In this document: positions 1 to 12,952 of the stretch, piece after piece | Layout: the number at the start of each line of letters is the position of its first letter | How positions within the stretch are numbered: the stretch's first letter is position 1 | DNA from: Dendrobates tinctorius | Lineage: Eukaryota | Length of the DNA: 64,000 nt | Direction: 5' to 3' | NCBI RefSeq assembly: GCF_039654945.1 | Contig: NW_027361757.1 | Location: 2,728,001-2,792,000, forward strand | The notes under the pieces: model-generated | What the model was told of the DNA's origin: nothing | The model's database searches: none | What the model saw: only the letters and a program-made list of their open reading frames with translations | Position numbers and translations under genes: made by a program

Positions 1-247
1 CTCTGCGGCTGGATGATCGGGGGATACCGGGACTGTAGGCCACGGCTTCTCACTTACTGCGCGCTGTCCTCTTCCCGCACAGCACTTCACTTTTTCGCAC
101 TTTTCGGCTGGCTCTGCCCACGATGGTCCACCCCTCTGGTTTCCCGCGAGCGCCAAGCAGCGGGGTAATGGCGGCGATGGCGCCGACAGTCTATGGCACA
201 CAATACAGTCTCTGGCACACAGGACTCGGGGACACCGGGCTCCGTAA

Positions 248-265
248 ATCCTGTTTGTGACGCCA
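248..265 (-). promoter_or_regulatory. Primer-binding site, tRNA-Ser(CGA)-type
   Basis: Minus strand TGGCGTCACAAACAGGAT matches 17/18 to the complement of the vertebrate tRNA-Ser(CGA) 3' end as I recall it (TGGCGTCACGAACAGGAT). Confidence 0.7.
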
Positions 266-268
266 AAA

Positions 269-2173
269 TGGATCGCCTGCCAGGGCAGTGGGGTACTCTG
301 TACCGGGCCGTTCTCTCAGAGGGGAATGTCACAGCAGCGGTGACCCTGTCCATGGCCCTGGGTGCCCATGTAAAAGGGAATTAAGTGATGGAATAAAGTT
401 TATGAGTGAATGATTCGTGACGCCACCTGTGGTGTTCGGCAATGAAGATGTTAAGCCGATGCTGCGGACAGATCCTCTGGGACAGATGTTGGGGTAGCCC
501 TCCACAGGCAGGGCTGTAGTCCCAGGGCAGAGTAGATGAAGAGGGTAGGTGTTGAGGAAGAAGGTGCAGTGTTTGGCACAGAGATGTAGCAGTGCTGGAA
601 AGGTTGCAGGAAGGAGGCAAGGACACAACAGGGTGCAGTTTCTTTACCTTTACTTTGCTTGGCAAATGCAGTCCAGATTACAGATGGCACAGGAGCTGGC
701 TAGCCTGGAAGCAACTTAGGAATCTCTCTAGGCAGATAGGTTGTGTAGTCTCCTTCCTAGCGCTTATCTTTGGGTACTTGCAGTACATTGTTACACTGAA
801 GTTTCACTTGCCTATTCTCTTTAGAACTCCCTCGTATGGCAGACAGCTGTAGCCTTCCTCTTTTGGCTCACCCGTCGCTGCTGTGCTTCTGAGTCTAATG
901 TGGGAATAGAGCATTTACAGGTTCCTATTCCTCCGGTTTCTGTTGTAGGACCATCAGTGTCCATACAGCCTTGGAGACTGGGTTCCAGATCATGTGCTAT
1001 AGCTGGGGAATGAGCCTAAACTCTCTGCTCAATCTCCCAGCTCTTCTCCTTACGTCCACTGTTATGAATGGGAAACCAAGGAGGAAAAAAAGACAACAAG
1101 CTAAGTCTCAGAAAACCAGAGAAGTAACTATGGTAACTATGCAGATTGCAGATCCCTGATCTTAACCGCAACAACTAGCAGCAGTCGTGGAGCGTTCCTA
1201 CGTTGGTCCTAGATGCCTCATCCCAACCGGAGAACTACATAAGCCTAAAGCAGGAAAAGAGGAAAACTAACTGCCCCAGAGTGGACCCCAAAGGAAAGAC
1301 AGCCCCTCACATGTATTGACGGTGGAAAAAGATGAAAATACGAACAATGGCAGGAAAATAGGCTGAGCAAACGATGGGGCTCGGCTAACTAAAAAGGACA
1401 GAAAAGGAAAGACACTGTCTGCAATCTGCCAAAAAAACCTACAAAAATATTGTCCAACACTTCTGATAGCAAAATTAACCCTGAAGTCACTAGACTTCTA
1501 AACCTATATCAGCACTCTGAAATATTCTGAGACAGAGCAAAAAAGAGGCCAATCCAATAAGGAACAAAAAGCAGATCGGCAAATACTGATTAATAGGAGT
1601 GGAATTTCAGCATAGCCCAGCAGGGGCAGGCTGATTACACAAAAAACTGAATTGACTAACAAGCGCAAGTGTGAAAAATAGCAAAAAACAAACTTAACTT
1701 GAGAAGACTGGAAGAGAGCTGAAGTCCAGGACCTGAGAAGCAGACAGAATCACCAGCACCCGGATAGGGCGTCGGCTGTCTTATATCCAGTCTGATAGTC
1801 TAGAGATCCAATCGTTATCTTCCTCATCAGGTGGCTGATCACTACCACTTAAACCAACAGCACTACCTCCTGTCACCACCAGAGGGAGAACGGAAGGGGA
1901 ACTCTCAACTGGTGGAGCAGAAAATGAGTTCATGACAGTCCACACATGTTGCCCTCTTCACACAAACTCCTTCTTTCCCCTTCCCAGCCCCCAGAGAGTA
2001 GCTCTTCCCCCTAGTTTTGGGCTCAGAGCTCCCTCTGCTGGCCTGGAGTGGGAACTGTGCTGTGTGTTGTGATTAACTGCCAGAGAGACCCTTCATTGCT
2101 TCCAGGCATGACATCACACTCCATAGGAGGAAGGGAATGCCACTGTGGCAACCAAACTCCTGGGGGCGCCACA
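269..2173 (-). mobile_element. 5' LTR of an LTR retrotransposon (Gypsy-like); internal region runs off the left edge; interrupted by a nested solo LTR
   Basis: On the minus strand it begins TGTGGCGCC (2173) and ends GGCGATCCA (269). A PBS follows 3 nt later. Confidence 0.7.
1060..1937. mobile_element. Solo LTR nested in the 269-2173 LTR
   Basis: TGTTATGAA...TTCATGACA termini; direct repeat GTCCAC at 1054-1059 and 1938-1943. Confidence 0.8.
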
Positions 2174-2263
2174 CATCCTTAACCCTTTACCCCCAATGGT
2201 GGTTTGTAGGTTAATGACCAGGCCAATTTTTACAATTCTGACCACTGTCCCTTTATGAGGTAA

Positions 2264-3231
2264 CTAGCTGAAGAGCCCAGCATTGCCCGGGCATAGTAAC
2301 TAACTGTGGTTAGTTATAACAAATTATAATGATTATCCTCCATCCTATAGTCCAGTGCCCATATACCCATAATACATATCCTCCATCCCATAGTCCCGTG
2401 CCCATGTACCCATCATATATATCCTCCATCCCATAGTCCCGTGTCCATATACCCATCATACATATCCTCCATCACACAGTCCCATGCCCATATACCCATC
2501 ACACATCCTCCATCCCACAGTTCCGTGCCCATATACCCATAATACATATCTTCCATTCCATAGTCCCGTGCCCATATATCCATCACACATTCTCCATCCC
2601 ATAGTCCAGTGCCTATGTACCCATCACACATCCTCTATCACACAGTCCAGTGCCCATGTACCATCACACATCCTCTATCCCATAGTCCTGTGCCCATATA
2701 CCCATCATACTTATCCTCCATCCCATAGTCCCTTGCCCATATACCCATTATACATATCCTCCATCCCATAGTCCCATGCCCATATACCCATCACACATCC
2801 TCCATCCCATAGTCCCGAGCCGGGTGGTGCTGAGCAGGAACTTCCTGGAGATGTGCTGTTATGTAACCTGGCAGTGTGGCTCTGTGCGGCCACTGATTAT
2901 TTTCTACACTGGTAACAATAGAACCTGTAAGTGATAGAGGAGGGGGTGATTCATTTCTGTCATATGCTCTCTGCTCCTTTCTGGAGAGGACAGACAATGG
3001 CTGGGAGCTTATGTTCCCGGGGATGCCAGATTTCTCCCACCCGGACAATGTCTGCTGAGGTGTTGTGGAGCTGGAAAACTGTTGCTCATAGCAACCAGTC
3101 ATAGCTCAGCTTTCATCTTTTAAACAGCTCTGGTGACCTGAAAGATGCTTATTGATTGGTTGCTATGGGAAACACAGGCAGTGTAATCTGTTGTGGTCAA
3201 GCAGATGTGCCTATGAAATAGATATAGTAGA
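2264..3231 (-). mobile_element. Non-autonomous Helitron carrying a minisatellite
   Basis: Minus strand 5' TCTACTATAT; 3' hairpin CCCGGGCAATGCTGGGC followed by CTAG; inserted between A and T with no TSD. Confidence 0.75.
2337..2818. repeat. 41/43-bp minisatellite (~11 copies)
   Basis: Unit CCTCCATCCCATAGTCCCGTGCCCATATACCCATCACACAT; periods of 43, 43, 41 measured at 2381/2424/2467/2508. Confidence 0.9.
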
Positions 3232-3829
3232 TATTTATTATATCCAACCCTAACTAGCCACAACCCTGACCCTAACTTTAGCCCCAACCCTAATCCTAAC
3301 TTTAGCCCAACTCACTTTAGCCCAACTCTAACCCTAATGGGAAAATAGAAATAAATATATATTTTTTATTTTATTATTTTTCTCTAACTATGGGGGAGAT
3401 AAAGGGGGATTTGATTTACTATTTTTTTTAGTTTCTTACCCCTGGCAGCCAAGATCCCAGAGAAATTCTGATGCTGGGGGGCACTATAACCTTAAAACTC
3501 AGCGCCGTTAAAAAGTGGTGCTGTCGTTTAAGTACCCTTAACTGTCGCTGTTAAAAGGCATATTGGCAATCGATAATGGGTTAAATGTAACTCTCATCTT
3601 TCTCCCCTGCTCGTGCCAGTCACCTGCAGAACATGGGAGAATGATGAGAGCCATGTTCAGCACCCGGCGCTGGGGAACAGCGCTATCTGCAATGCTTCTT
3701 CCCTGGCGCCCGTCCGTGTGGTACTGATGCGGCACATTCATGCCACATGTGTTCCGCAAGTATTACACACATGGACACTGACATCTCCAGCACCAGAAAT
3801 ATCAGGACATGTGAAAGAGGCCTTATAGC

Positions 3830-4744
3830 GGGTTTTATGTTTGGCAGCTGTCACATGCTAAAAGACACTTTCTATTGCAAAAAATAGTTTTTCCATCACC
3901 ACATTTTGAGAGCTATAATTTTTCCACAGAGTCTTGTTTTTTGCAGGACGAGCTGACGTTCTTATAGGTATAATTTTCGGGCACATGACATTTTTTGATC
4001 ACTTTCTGTTCTGATTTTTGGGAGTCAGGATGAGCAAAAAGCAGCAATTCATGAATTTCTTTTGGGTGGGCGTTTATACCATTCCGTGTGTTGGTAAAAT
4101 TGATAAGGCAGTTTTATTCTTTGGGTCAGTACGATTACAGCGATACCTCATTTATATTTTTTTTAGGTTTTGGTGCTTTTATATAATAAATACTATTTTA
4201 TAGAAAAAATAATTGTTTTTGCATCACTTTATTCTGACAGTAATAACTTTTTTATTTTTTTGCTGAGACGCTGTGTGGCAGCTCATTTTCTGTGGAACAA
4301 GATGACGTTTTCAACAGTGCCATGTTTATTTATATCCGTCTTTTTGATCGCGCGTTATTCCACTTTTTGTTCAGCGGTATGATGATAAAGCATTGTTTTT
4401 TGCCTTGTTTTTTAATGATGTTCACTAAACGGGTTAACTAGTGGGACAGTTTTATAGGTCGGATCGTTACAGACGCGGCAATACCAAATATGTGCACTTT
4501 TATTGTTTAGATTTTTTTCATTCAAATATTTATTTAGAGATAGAATAAATATTTATTTTTTTATTATTTTATATTTTTTATATTTTTACAATTATTTAAA
4601 AAAAATTTCTATTTCATTCTTACTTTTACACCTTGTCCCACTATGGGACACTCATTTTGTGCAGGATGATTGCTTATATGGCATGGCATGTGGCCTATGA
4701 CCGCTCCTGGCACTTAGTGCCAGGTGTCAGCTGTGAGAATCAGC
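3830..4744. mobile_element. Internal fragment of the large AT-rich TTAA DNA-transposon family
   Basis: Homologous to 52030-52720 (same strand) and to 39400-40100 (opposite strand). Confidence 0.65.
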
Positions 4745-4820
4745 TAAATAGAAAGAAAAAAACTTGGCACCCAACTTGTATCTTAGTCCGTAAATATTTT
4801 ATTCTGCACTCCGTAAAGAA

Positions 4821-4857
4821 AGAAACGTTTCGGTCCAACACAGACCTTCTTCAGTCT
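4821..4857 (-). ncRNA. Minimal type I hammerhead ribozyme motif in a Penelope-like terminal fragment (~4745-4860)
   Basis: Minus strand AGA-CTGAAGA-AGGTC-TGTGTTG-GACC-GAAA-CG-TT-TCT, with AATAAA downstream. Confidence 0.65.
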
Positions 4858-7065
4858 GACTGCTTGAAGTAGAAGCGAGGATAGAGTTAAAGATGAAAAA
4901 ACTGGTTGAAACTATTCAATTGCCTTCTAATGATAAGGGCAAAAGGTAGGCAGTATATATCTAAATATCAAGCAAGATTAGATGCCTCTACTTTGTTAAG
5001 AGGGAATTTCCAAATGTGGATGAATTGTATAGCTTCAACCCAGTTTGGGAGATGTACTAAATACGTGTTGCAACCATGCAGTAGCTGCTGTGTGCTAGTG
5101 GCAGTGGTGGTCAGTGGGTTCCCCCAATGTAGAACACGGTGTCCACCGCTTGTTAATGCTCAAAAAAGCATGAAAGCTTGGCGATGGTGAGATGGCTTTC
5201 ATGCTTTTTTTGATCAAAAACCATATTACTAAGAACCCTGTGTTATTTAAATGCACTTGCTTTTTACTTATTTAGTTATAGCAGGGTTTTTGTTTGATTT
5301 GCTTCTTGTAGGTTTATTCAATGTTTTATGGCCAAAGTGAACATGTGATTATATGCTGCATGTATACCAACTTCAACTAAGCTGAATTTTTGTGTGTCTT
5401 TTCTTTGTATTTTTTCATTCTGTGCAAGTTGTGGTGTGGCCTTACCCTCTTGAGCTGTAAATCACATTTAAAAGCTTCCTTTGGCTGGTGTCCTTAGGTC
5501 AGGACCTGGTCCTTTTGTCTGCCCTTCTTCACACACTGAGGTGAACTTCGACCCATGGTAACATTTTAATATTAGACAGTGTAGGACCGTCTCAATCAGG
5601 GTCACCTTGGCAATGGTGAGATGGCTTTTGTTCTGCCTTCTTCCAAGTATGACGCTGTGTGGATTCCAGCATATGGCTTAACCTTTCATCCACTCCCAGA
5701 AACAAGACTGTATGGATGCTTAAGTCTACATTTATTGGGATGATGTGGACAACAATGGGAGATGATAACAGATGATATAGTAGAACACAGTAGTAGATGA
5801 GATCAGGGGTTGTTGTAGAAAGTTGTAGATGATATCAGAGATTGTTTTACACAGTTATGGATGATTCAGGTAAAAACTATAAGAAACAGATAATGCAGCA
5901 TGTCAGTACTGGTAGATAATATAAAATACACAAATACTGGCAGGTAATCACAGCAATACAAGGTACTATCACAACAGTAGCATTAATACAGGATGCTGTT
6001 ATATCGGTAGCATGCATTATATAGAAGCTGAGCAATACAACGTACACAGCAGTAAAAGAGAAAGATGTCTAATGGCTGCAAGCTTTGCACTCACTGACCA
6101 AAGGATGCATAATTATCATGCAGTGTAATAGCATTACAGGAGCTGAACATGCATTGCAAACATCATGAGGCATGCATTATAGCCTGCTAATACAGATGCA
6201 TAGCATAGTGTTAGGAACAGCGGAACGCACTAAATAAAAATAAATAAGTGAACTTTTTGTGTGGGAAGTTTTTATGTGCCCATTCATTCCTTAAAATCAA
6301 CTTGTTTATATATTAATAGCAGTTTGATCTTTCATTTTCTTTTCATGACAAATTAAACAGGAGGGTGTTGTCAGCGTGATCATCCATATAACAGGTACAC
6401 CATAAAGTGGTTTGTTGGCTTTTGCTCTTTGATCCAAAAATATTGACTAAGTACCGTGTGTTCTTAATATGTATAGCAATAGTGGAGATCATGTATTCAG
6501 TTAATACTTTTTTGTATATTGTCTACCTATCGTTACATAGAGTAATGGTACACCTGTACATTCATTTATCACTAAGCAGCAACTAGCGCAAAGCAGAAGC
6601 ACTGGCAATTTGAAAGTGGGTGTGCATGACTCAATGGAATTGATCCAATAGTTACTAACAATATTTTAGCTCCAGTAAGCCGATCACACTGGAGGTGAAA
6701 CATCGAGTGGGTTAATAAAAGGTTCATTTTACTGAATATAGTTTGTCACACTCCATATTTACTAATTTAATACTTAAGGTGTGTGAGCTCTTTTTAATTA
6801 TTTTTTGGGGGGACAGCACATATATTGTCTTGTTCTACTTCCAGGTTTCATTCACAGCTTCAGATACAAATATACATATTTATTTTGAAACATCACAATG
6901 TTTGATGGATGTAATACATTTTTATGATGTAAAACTATTTATTTAATCTTTTAATATTACATAAAGTGCGTTTTATTACTGAAACATCTTTCAATATTAC
7001 CAATTACAGACAAAATCCACTTCAGTGTTTCCATGTGTCTTGTCTATATGCCAGTTGGAGCGCCA

Positions 7066-7770
7066 TAGAGTGGTATGTAAAAGTTTGGGCACCCAAGTCA
7101 AAATGACTGTTATTGTGAACAATTAAGCAAGTTGAAGATTAAATGATCTCTTAAAGGCCTGAAGTTAAATATGACACATTTGCTTTGTATTTTAGTAAAA
7201 AAAAAATATATTTTCGTTTTTTACATTTTAAAAATTACAAAAAGGAAAATGGGCACTCATGGAGATTTGTGTGCTCAGATATGTTTGACCAAGGTTTCAG
7301 ATCTTAATTGATATCACCAACCATTCACATTTTATTTACATGTATCCAGATAAATGGCCCACCCTGTAGAACTCTTTGGTCACAATGATCATAGGTATAT
7401 CTGAAGAAAAGAGGGCATAGAATTTCAAGAAAAGAACATGTTGCCTATCATTAAGCATTGGGGTGGATCAATCATGCTTTTGGGCTGTTTTGCAGCCAGT
7501 GTCATGGGGAACATTTCACTGTTAGAGGGAAGAATGGATTCCATGAAATTGCAACAAATTCTTGATGCAAATAATAACAACATCTGTAAAAAAGCTGAAG
7601 CCGAAAACAGGATGGCTTCTTCAAATGGCAATGATCTTAAACACACGTCAAAATCCAGAATAGACTACCACAAATGGTGTAAGCTGAAGGTTTTATAATG
7701 ACCCTTACTGTACCCTCATCCGAACATCATTGAAAATCTGTGGCTAGACCTCAAAATAGCAGTGCACCAA
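7066..7770 (+). mobile_element. Degraded Tc1/mariner element fragment
   Basis: TIR-like AGTGGTATGTAAAAGTTTGGGCACC; remnants KHWGGSIMLLGCF and NIIENLWLDLK. Confidence 0.75.
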
Positions 7771-8831
7771 AACAACAAAGGGAAGCATGAAGGCAAAAAA
7801 ATGTGTCAAAAAATAATGGAAAGTTTATTAATACAAATATTAAAATTGCCATAAAAAGCAGGGAGAAGTATCAAATGGCTATAGCACAGCACCAGGAATA
7901 CAAAATAAACCCTGTAACCCAGGGATACAAATTGGTAAGACGTAAGGTAATAGTTCTCTACAACAATATGACACCAAATGGTATAAACATATAAATATTA
8001 ACTGGTACTGACACAGAGAAAAGACCTATGTATGATCATAGATATTGGTGCTAACAAGCCAAAATTATTATGTAGCCTAGTGGAGACATTGCATAGATTG
8101 GGCTACACATTGCAGAAAATATATGAACGGTAAGATCAACCTGTCTTCATCACTCATAAATAGCATCAACAGGTCCCATAGGAATAGCAGAGCACAAGAG
8201 TAAGTGATAAATATTACCTGGTGCTGGCAAGGACAAACCCCAACATGCATTTAGCGTCGGCTTCTTCAGGGGGCATGTGTAGGGATGCAGAAGGAGGTTC
8301 TTTAAATAGCGGTGATCTCGTAAAGAGATGCAGGGACATCATGTGGTATATCGGCGCTTTCGGTCATGGCACCGAGAACCGGAAGTTGCGGAGTCGGTGT
8401 CCCACATTGCATGTTCCCACCTCTATCAATATGTCAGCTGGAGAGGCAGGAAGTGCAACACTAAGGGACGTGTGTCCGCGGCAACAGTAACCAGGTCCAC
8501 TGGCGCAAATGCACACCTCATAAGGGATGCCGGCGTGCGGAGGAAAGTTTGTTCAGAGCTCAGTGGTTGATACCTTTTAATGGCTAACTGAAAAGATGGT
8601 AACACATTGCAAGCTTTCCCGACTACTCAGGTCTCTTCATCAGGCATTGACTAATACAACGTCTGAAGAATCACATATTTATATACAAGACAGCACAGAA
8701 ATAATGCAGTAGATAGGACAAGTGACATGAAGCAGAACTATCATTATTGGGGAGTGATGGGCAGTTATGCCCATAAATATTGGACCAATTCATAGATAAG
8801 GAGACGGTACAAAGATACACATCTTTCCTGT
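7771..8831 (-). mobile_element. Penelope-like retroelement terminal fragments (two) with decayed hammerhead motifs
   Basis: Minus strand CCCCTGAAGAAGCCGACGCTAAATGCATGTTGGGG (8238-8272) and GCCTGATGAAGAGACC...GAAAGCTTGC (8608-8647); AATAAA near the 3' end (~7824). Confidence 0.5.
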
Positions 8832-9546
8832 TTCAGAGCTCAGAGTCAGACAGAGAAATGAATATGTGAGGAAACAGCATAGACACTCAGATAGGACAGC
8901 CTAAAATAGTTAAATAGTTAACTTCCATTTCCACTGAACAACCACCGATCGGTAAGCCTTTTCAGTTTGGTTGTTGTGTAATGGCCTGTTTACACAGGCA
9001 GACCGCAGTAATTGAAGCACACTTAATGGTCTGTAATAGATCGCTGAATTCATATCGGCTGCCATAGTTCTCAGCAGTGCGAGTTCTGTTAACAAAGGAT
9101 GAGGCACCGCTCAGAATGATGATCTTTTGCGCTGCACAAGAGATCATTTCAACCGTTGAGCAAGTTTTTGCTCCTTCATCGGATGTTTGGCAGCCTATTT
9201 ATGCGGCAAGATAATCCTGAAACATTCCCATTTTTCTTTCAGTGTAAATGTATCTTCAGTCTTATTATAAATGGGTAAAACTGCAAAGTGCTTGTCAAAG
9301 CAAACAACTTTGCATTTTTTTGCTTCTTATTCAAAATCCTCCCCATTCTCAAAAACAGAGAGATTTTTAATTTTATTTGCTATTCACAGAAAAATTGCTT
9401 TTCTTCTCGCCAGGTGACATTTAACCTGTAAGGCCAGGTGGAGCCACTGTAACGGCCAATATTGACTAAAATGTGAATGGCTGTGATAGCGTATTGGTGG
9501 ATCATCAATTTGTTCAGAGGTTATTCATCAATAAAGTTTTTTTTAA

Positions 9547-9995
9547 AGAGGAAGTTATCAGATTTTTGCCAACTAATCTGTGCGTAGCATAACTAGAGAC
9601 AGAGACCCTAATTCTGGCTATGTGTATCTGACTGAGCTGCTTACTCTAGTTTTGATGAAATCACTGTTTTATGAGTAGCAGATTATCACTAGAGAATTAG
9701 TAAACCTGCTGCCATTTAGTCCTCCATATTCGTGATCTCTGTATAACCCCACCCCCACCACTGATTGATAGCTGTGTGCACTGTACATAGGCAGAAAGCT
9801 GTCAATCAGTGGTGTGGGGACGGGGTTATACAGAGCTCTATAGTCAGATAACTGCTAGATCTGCCCCATATTTGACAGTAATTTTAGCAAAATGACAGAA
9901 AGAAGGCCAGTTGTAGACACATTTCTAAAATCAGGGTCTCTACCCCTACATTATGCTGCTCTCAGATGGGGAATCAAAAATCTGGTGACAGATTC
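9547..9995. mobile_element. Degenerate palindromic T2/Kolobok-type MITE
   Basis: TTAA|AGAGGAA start; internal inverted arms (CTCTGTATAACCCC / GGGGTTATACAGAG); GGTGACAGATTC end. Confidence 0.65.
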
Positions 9996-10749
9996 AATTC
10001 TATGCATATAACTAATTTAGACCTTTAAACATGAAACAGTAATGACAGGGAAGTTCCTTTAAGAACTTTAAGGCATTACTTCATGAGAAAAAGTAGAATT
10101 CTTGTTTTTTTACTTAACATGTCAAAGCTACATAATGAGATCTGTGCATCATATCAGTGCCAAAAAATAGAAGGCAACAGATGACCATAAGATTTGAACA
10201 ATGAAAGCAGAATATGTAAGTGAGTCATAATCAGAAGTGTTTTCTGGTAGTACCGCTTAGTAGATGTGACCCTCAATAAAGCTATTACTGTAGTGGCTTC
10301 AGTGATTCCAACTTTTCCTTAACAAGCGGCTGAATCATCATTACACAATGACTGGGCTGCAATTTATTTCTCATACTTGAGATATTAAACACATGATTTT
10401 ACCATGCTGCATGATAGCGGGTCATAAACTGCACAACGCTCCTGTCTCTCTAGCGCGGAGTCTCTGACCTCTATAGATCTTTCACCTTTCTAGAGAAGCA
10501 CAATGTTCTCAGGTACACTGGTTAAAAGCCAAATCTCTTAGATAGCTACAGTATCTAGTGAAAATCAGAAAAACTATTTGAAACTAAAATGTGCCAGCAA
10601 AACTATGTTATAGAACTTCTTCTGTTCACACTCTAATACAATTCAGATGTCTCATTTATTACATTTATATATTTTTGCCCACAATATTGCATATCTGGAC
10701 ACATTCTAGATGTGCCCAGTATAACTAGATATTGAGAATACTATTACTG

Positions 10750-11610
10750 CACATGAGTGAATGTGCCAAAATTCAAGCTCCCCAGATTCGCTCAAATTTG
10801 GCTAGGAAATTCGATTTGCATCAAATTTACTCAATTTAAATCTAATGTGCCTTATAATGTTCCGAGCTATCTCAAGACATCAGAGCAGAATTAAAGGAGG
10901 GTTTAAAAAGAAATTATATTCCCTTTGCTTTGCCATCACCCGTCCCTTTGTGCTACTCCCTGCTCAGCCCGTGGGCAGCCAGCTCCCTCCCGTATGGTTT
11001 TCCATCTTCACAGTGATCTTAGGCGTCTCTGTTGCTCACTAGGCCTCACTGACTAGGCCTCACTGACTAGGCCTCACTGACTAGGCCCCACTGACTAGGC
11101 CCCACTGACTAGGCCTCACTGACTAGGCCCCACTGACTAGGCCCCACTGACTAGGCCTCACTGACTAGGCCCCACTGACTAGGCCCCACTGACTAGGCCT
11201 CACTGACTAGGCCCCACTGACTAGGCCCCACTGACTAGGCCCCACTGACTAGGCCTCACTGACTAGGCCTCACTGACTAGGCCCCACTGACTAGGCCCCA
11301 CTGACTAGGCCTCACTGACTAGGCCTCACACAACATAATGACTAGCCTTGCCTCGCTTATGAAGTGAGGGCCGGAGTTACCAAAGAACACTGTGAAGACG
11401 TAAGACCAAAACAGATGGAGCTAGCTGCGCAGAGGTCTGAGTGTGAGCAATGTGGAGGGACCAGGGTGAGGCGAGTATAATTTTTTTAACCTCTTCCTGG
11501 CCCCAAACCAAATCCAGCAAAATGTTGGTCAGCTGCCACTCAGCTGTAATTCAGCGAATTGAAAAAAAAAAACAATTGGATTCCATAGAAATCAATTCAT
11601 TCATCTCTCC
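10750..11610. mobile_element. Old palindromic hAT-type MITE with a central minisatellite
   Basis: Decayed ATGAGTGAAT / ATTCATTCATCTCT termini; inverted arms CATCTTCACAGTG / CACTGTGAAGACG. Confidence 0.5.
11047..11326. repeat. 14-bp minisatellite, 20 copies, two variants
   Basis: Unit CACTGACTAGGCC[T/C], read unit by unit. Confidence 0.95.
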
Positions 11611-11869
11611 TAATTACTCAATATCAATTCTGTGGCCTGTTCCCGAGTTTGTCAAACAGTACAGATCTCCACATATTTTTTAGTACCATAAGCTATTCAG
11701 AATTTAACAATAGGGTAAATAGGATTAGAAAAATATGGCTGACTTCTATCAGGAACCGAGCCACACTTGTCCACGGAATTTGTCTGCTAGTTCAACTCGG
11801 CTCCATTGAAGTGAATAGATCAGAGCTGTCATACCACAAATCACTCTTAAATATATACATATATATATA

Positions 11870-12764
11870 TCTATAATAATAAATGCCCTAAGCAACTTCC
11901 GGTTGTAACAACTTCCGTCCAGTTGTAACCGGTGATGTCACCGCACACCTCTTTCCATGTTAACCCTCAACACACACACACCTCTCACCTTTCACCATCT
12001 CCACATACGACCCTTTCTCTCACTCCGTCTCTCATACTCACGCCATCATCGCCGCTGATCCACGATCCCCGACATCTTCTTCCGCCGGCGCCATCCTGGA
12101 TGCAGACGTCCTCCACGCCGGCGACATGTTCTTGCGGCGACGCCATTTTGGATCGGCAAAATCCCACGATAGTCAAGATGGCGTCGCCGCAAGAACATGT
12201 CGCCGGTGTGGAGGACGTCGGGATCCAAAATGGCGTCGGCGAAATCTTGCGAGATTTCGCCGACGCCATTTTGGATCCCGACGGCATCCACGTCGGCGAC
12301 ATGTTCCTGCGGTGACGCTATTTTGGATCCGCGAAATCCCGCGATACTCAAGATGGCGTCGCCGCAAGAACATGTCGCCGGCGAGGACGACGTCGGGATC
12401 CAAAATGGCGTCGGCGAAAACTCGCGAGATTTCGCCGACGCCATTTTGGATCCCGACGTCGTCTACGCCGTCGACATGTTCTTCCGGCAACGCCATCTTG
12501 ACTATCACGGGATTTCACGATACTCAAGATGGCGTCGCCGCAAGAACATGTCGCCGGCGTGGACAACGTCTGGATCCAGGATGGCGCCGGCGGAAGAAGA
12601 TGTCGGGGATCGTGGAGCAGCGGCGATAACGGCGTGAGTATGAGAGACGGAGTGAGAGAAGGGGTCGTATGTGGAGTGAAAGAGTGTGTGTGTTGAGGGT
12701 TAACATGGCAAGAGGTGTGATGCTATCGCATCCTCTCGATGCAATAGCATCGGGCCATAATCTA

Positions 12765-12765
<1 letters not shown>
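11870..12765 (+). mobile_element. Young non-autonomous Helitron with a CpG-rich internal palindrome
   Basis: A|TCTATAATAATAAA start; 3' hairpin CGATGC-AATA-GCATCG (12737-12752), then CTAG|T; internal fold-back 11943-12719. Confidence 0.85.
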
Positions 12766-12809
<44 letters not shown>

Positions 12810-12899
12810 TCTGGAAGAAAGCAGCCATGGTTTCTGATCCTATACAAAACCTTCAGAGTTTATGTAGAGGTACAAAAATGTTATATTATTAAGTCCGAA

Positions 12900-12952
12900 A
12901 TGTAAAGCGCTGCGGAATATGTCGGCGCTATAGAAATAAAATGTATTATTAT
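12900..12952 (+). mobile_element. L2-type LINE/SINE 3' tail
   Basis: TGTAAAGCGCTGCGGAATATGTCGGCGCTATAGAAATAAA plus (ATT)n; same tail as 23238-23302. Confidence 0.6.

Larger units (their letters stand above)
2179..3584. mobile_element. Non-autonomous TTAA-flanked (piggyBac-like) DNA transposon remnant hosting a Helitron
   Basis: Starts TTAACCCTTT and ends GGGTTAA. The left end matches the reverse complement of the element end at ~54440-54515. Confidence 0.55.

Noticed and set aside
3245-3340. Interstitial telomere (CCCTAA)
   Set aside because: A few degenerate, interrupted units inside a DNA-transposon remnant.
6670-6725. Additional hammerhead-like GAAAC...AATAAA motif
   Set aside because: No CTGANGA box is discernible.
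8552-8843. 12-bp direct repeat TTCAGAGCTCAG as the TSD of a Penelope-like piece
   Set aside because: The element boundaries are unclear and part of the repeat may belong to the element terminus.
11047-11326. CRISPR-like regular repeat (also the 56.5-kb and 24.5-kb arrays)
   Set aside because: No unique spacers, no cas genes, and a eukaryotic context.
12120-12555. p53 response elements (CATG cores)
   Set aside because: Only isolated 9/10 half-sites, not paired decamers.
11932-12637. Several 100-170 aa ORFs on both strands
   Set aside because: A consequence of GC-rich nested palindromes in a non-autonomous Helitron; no Rep/helicase motifs.
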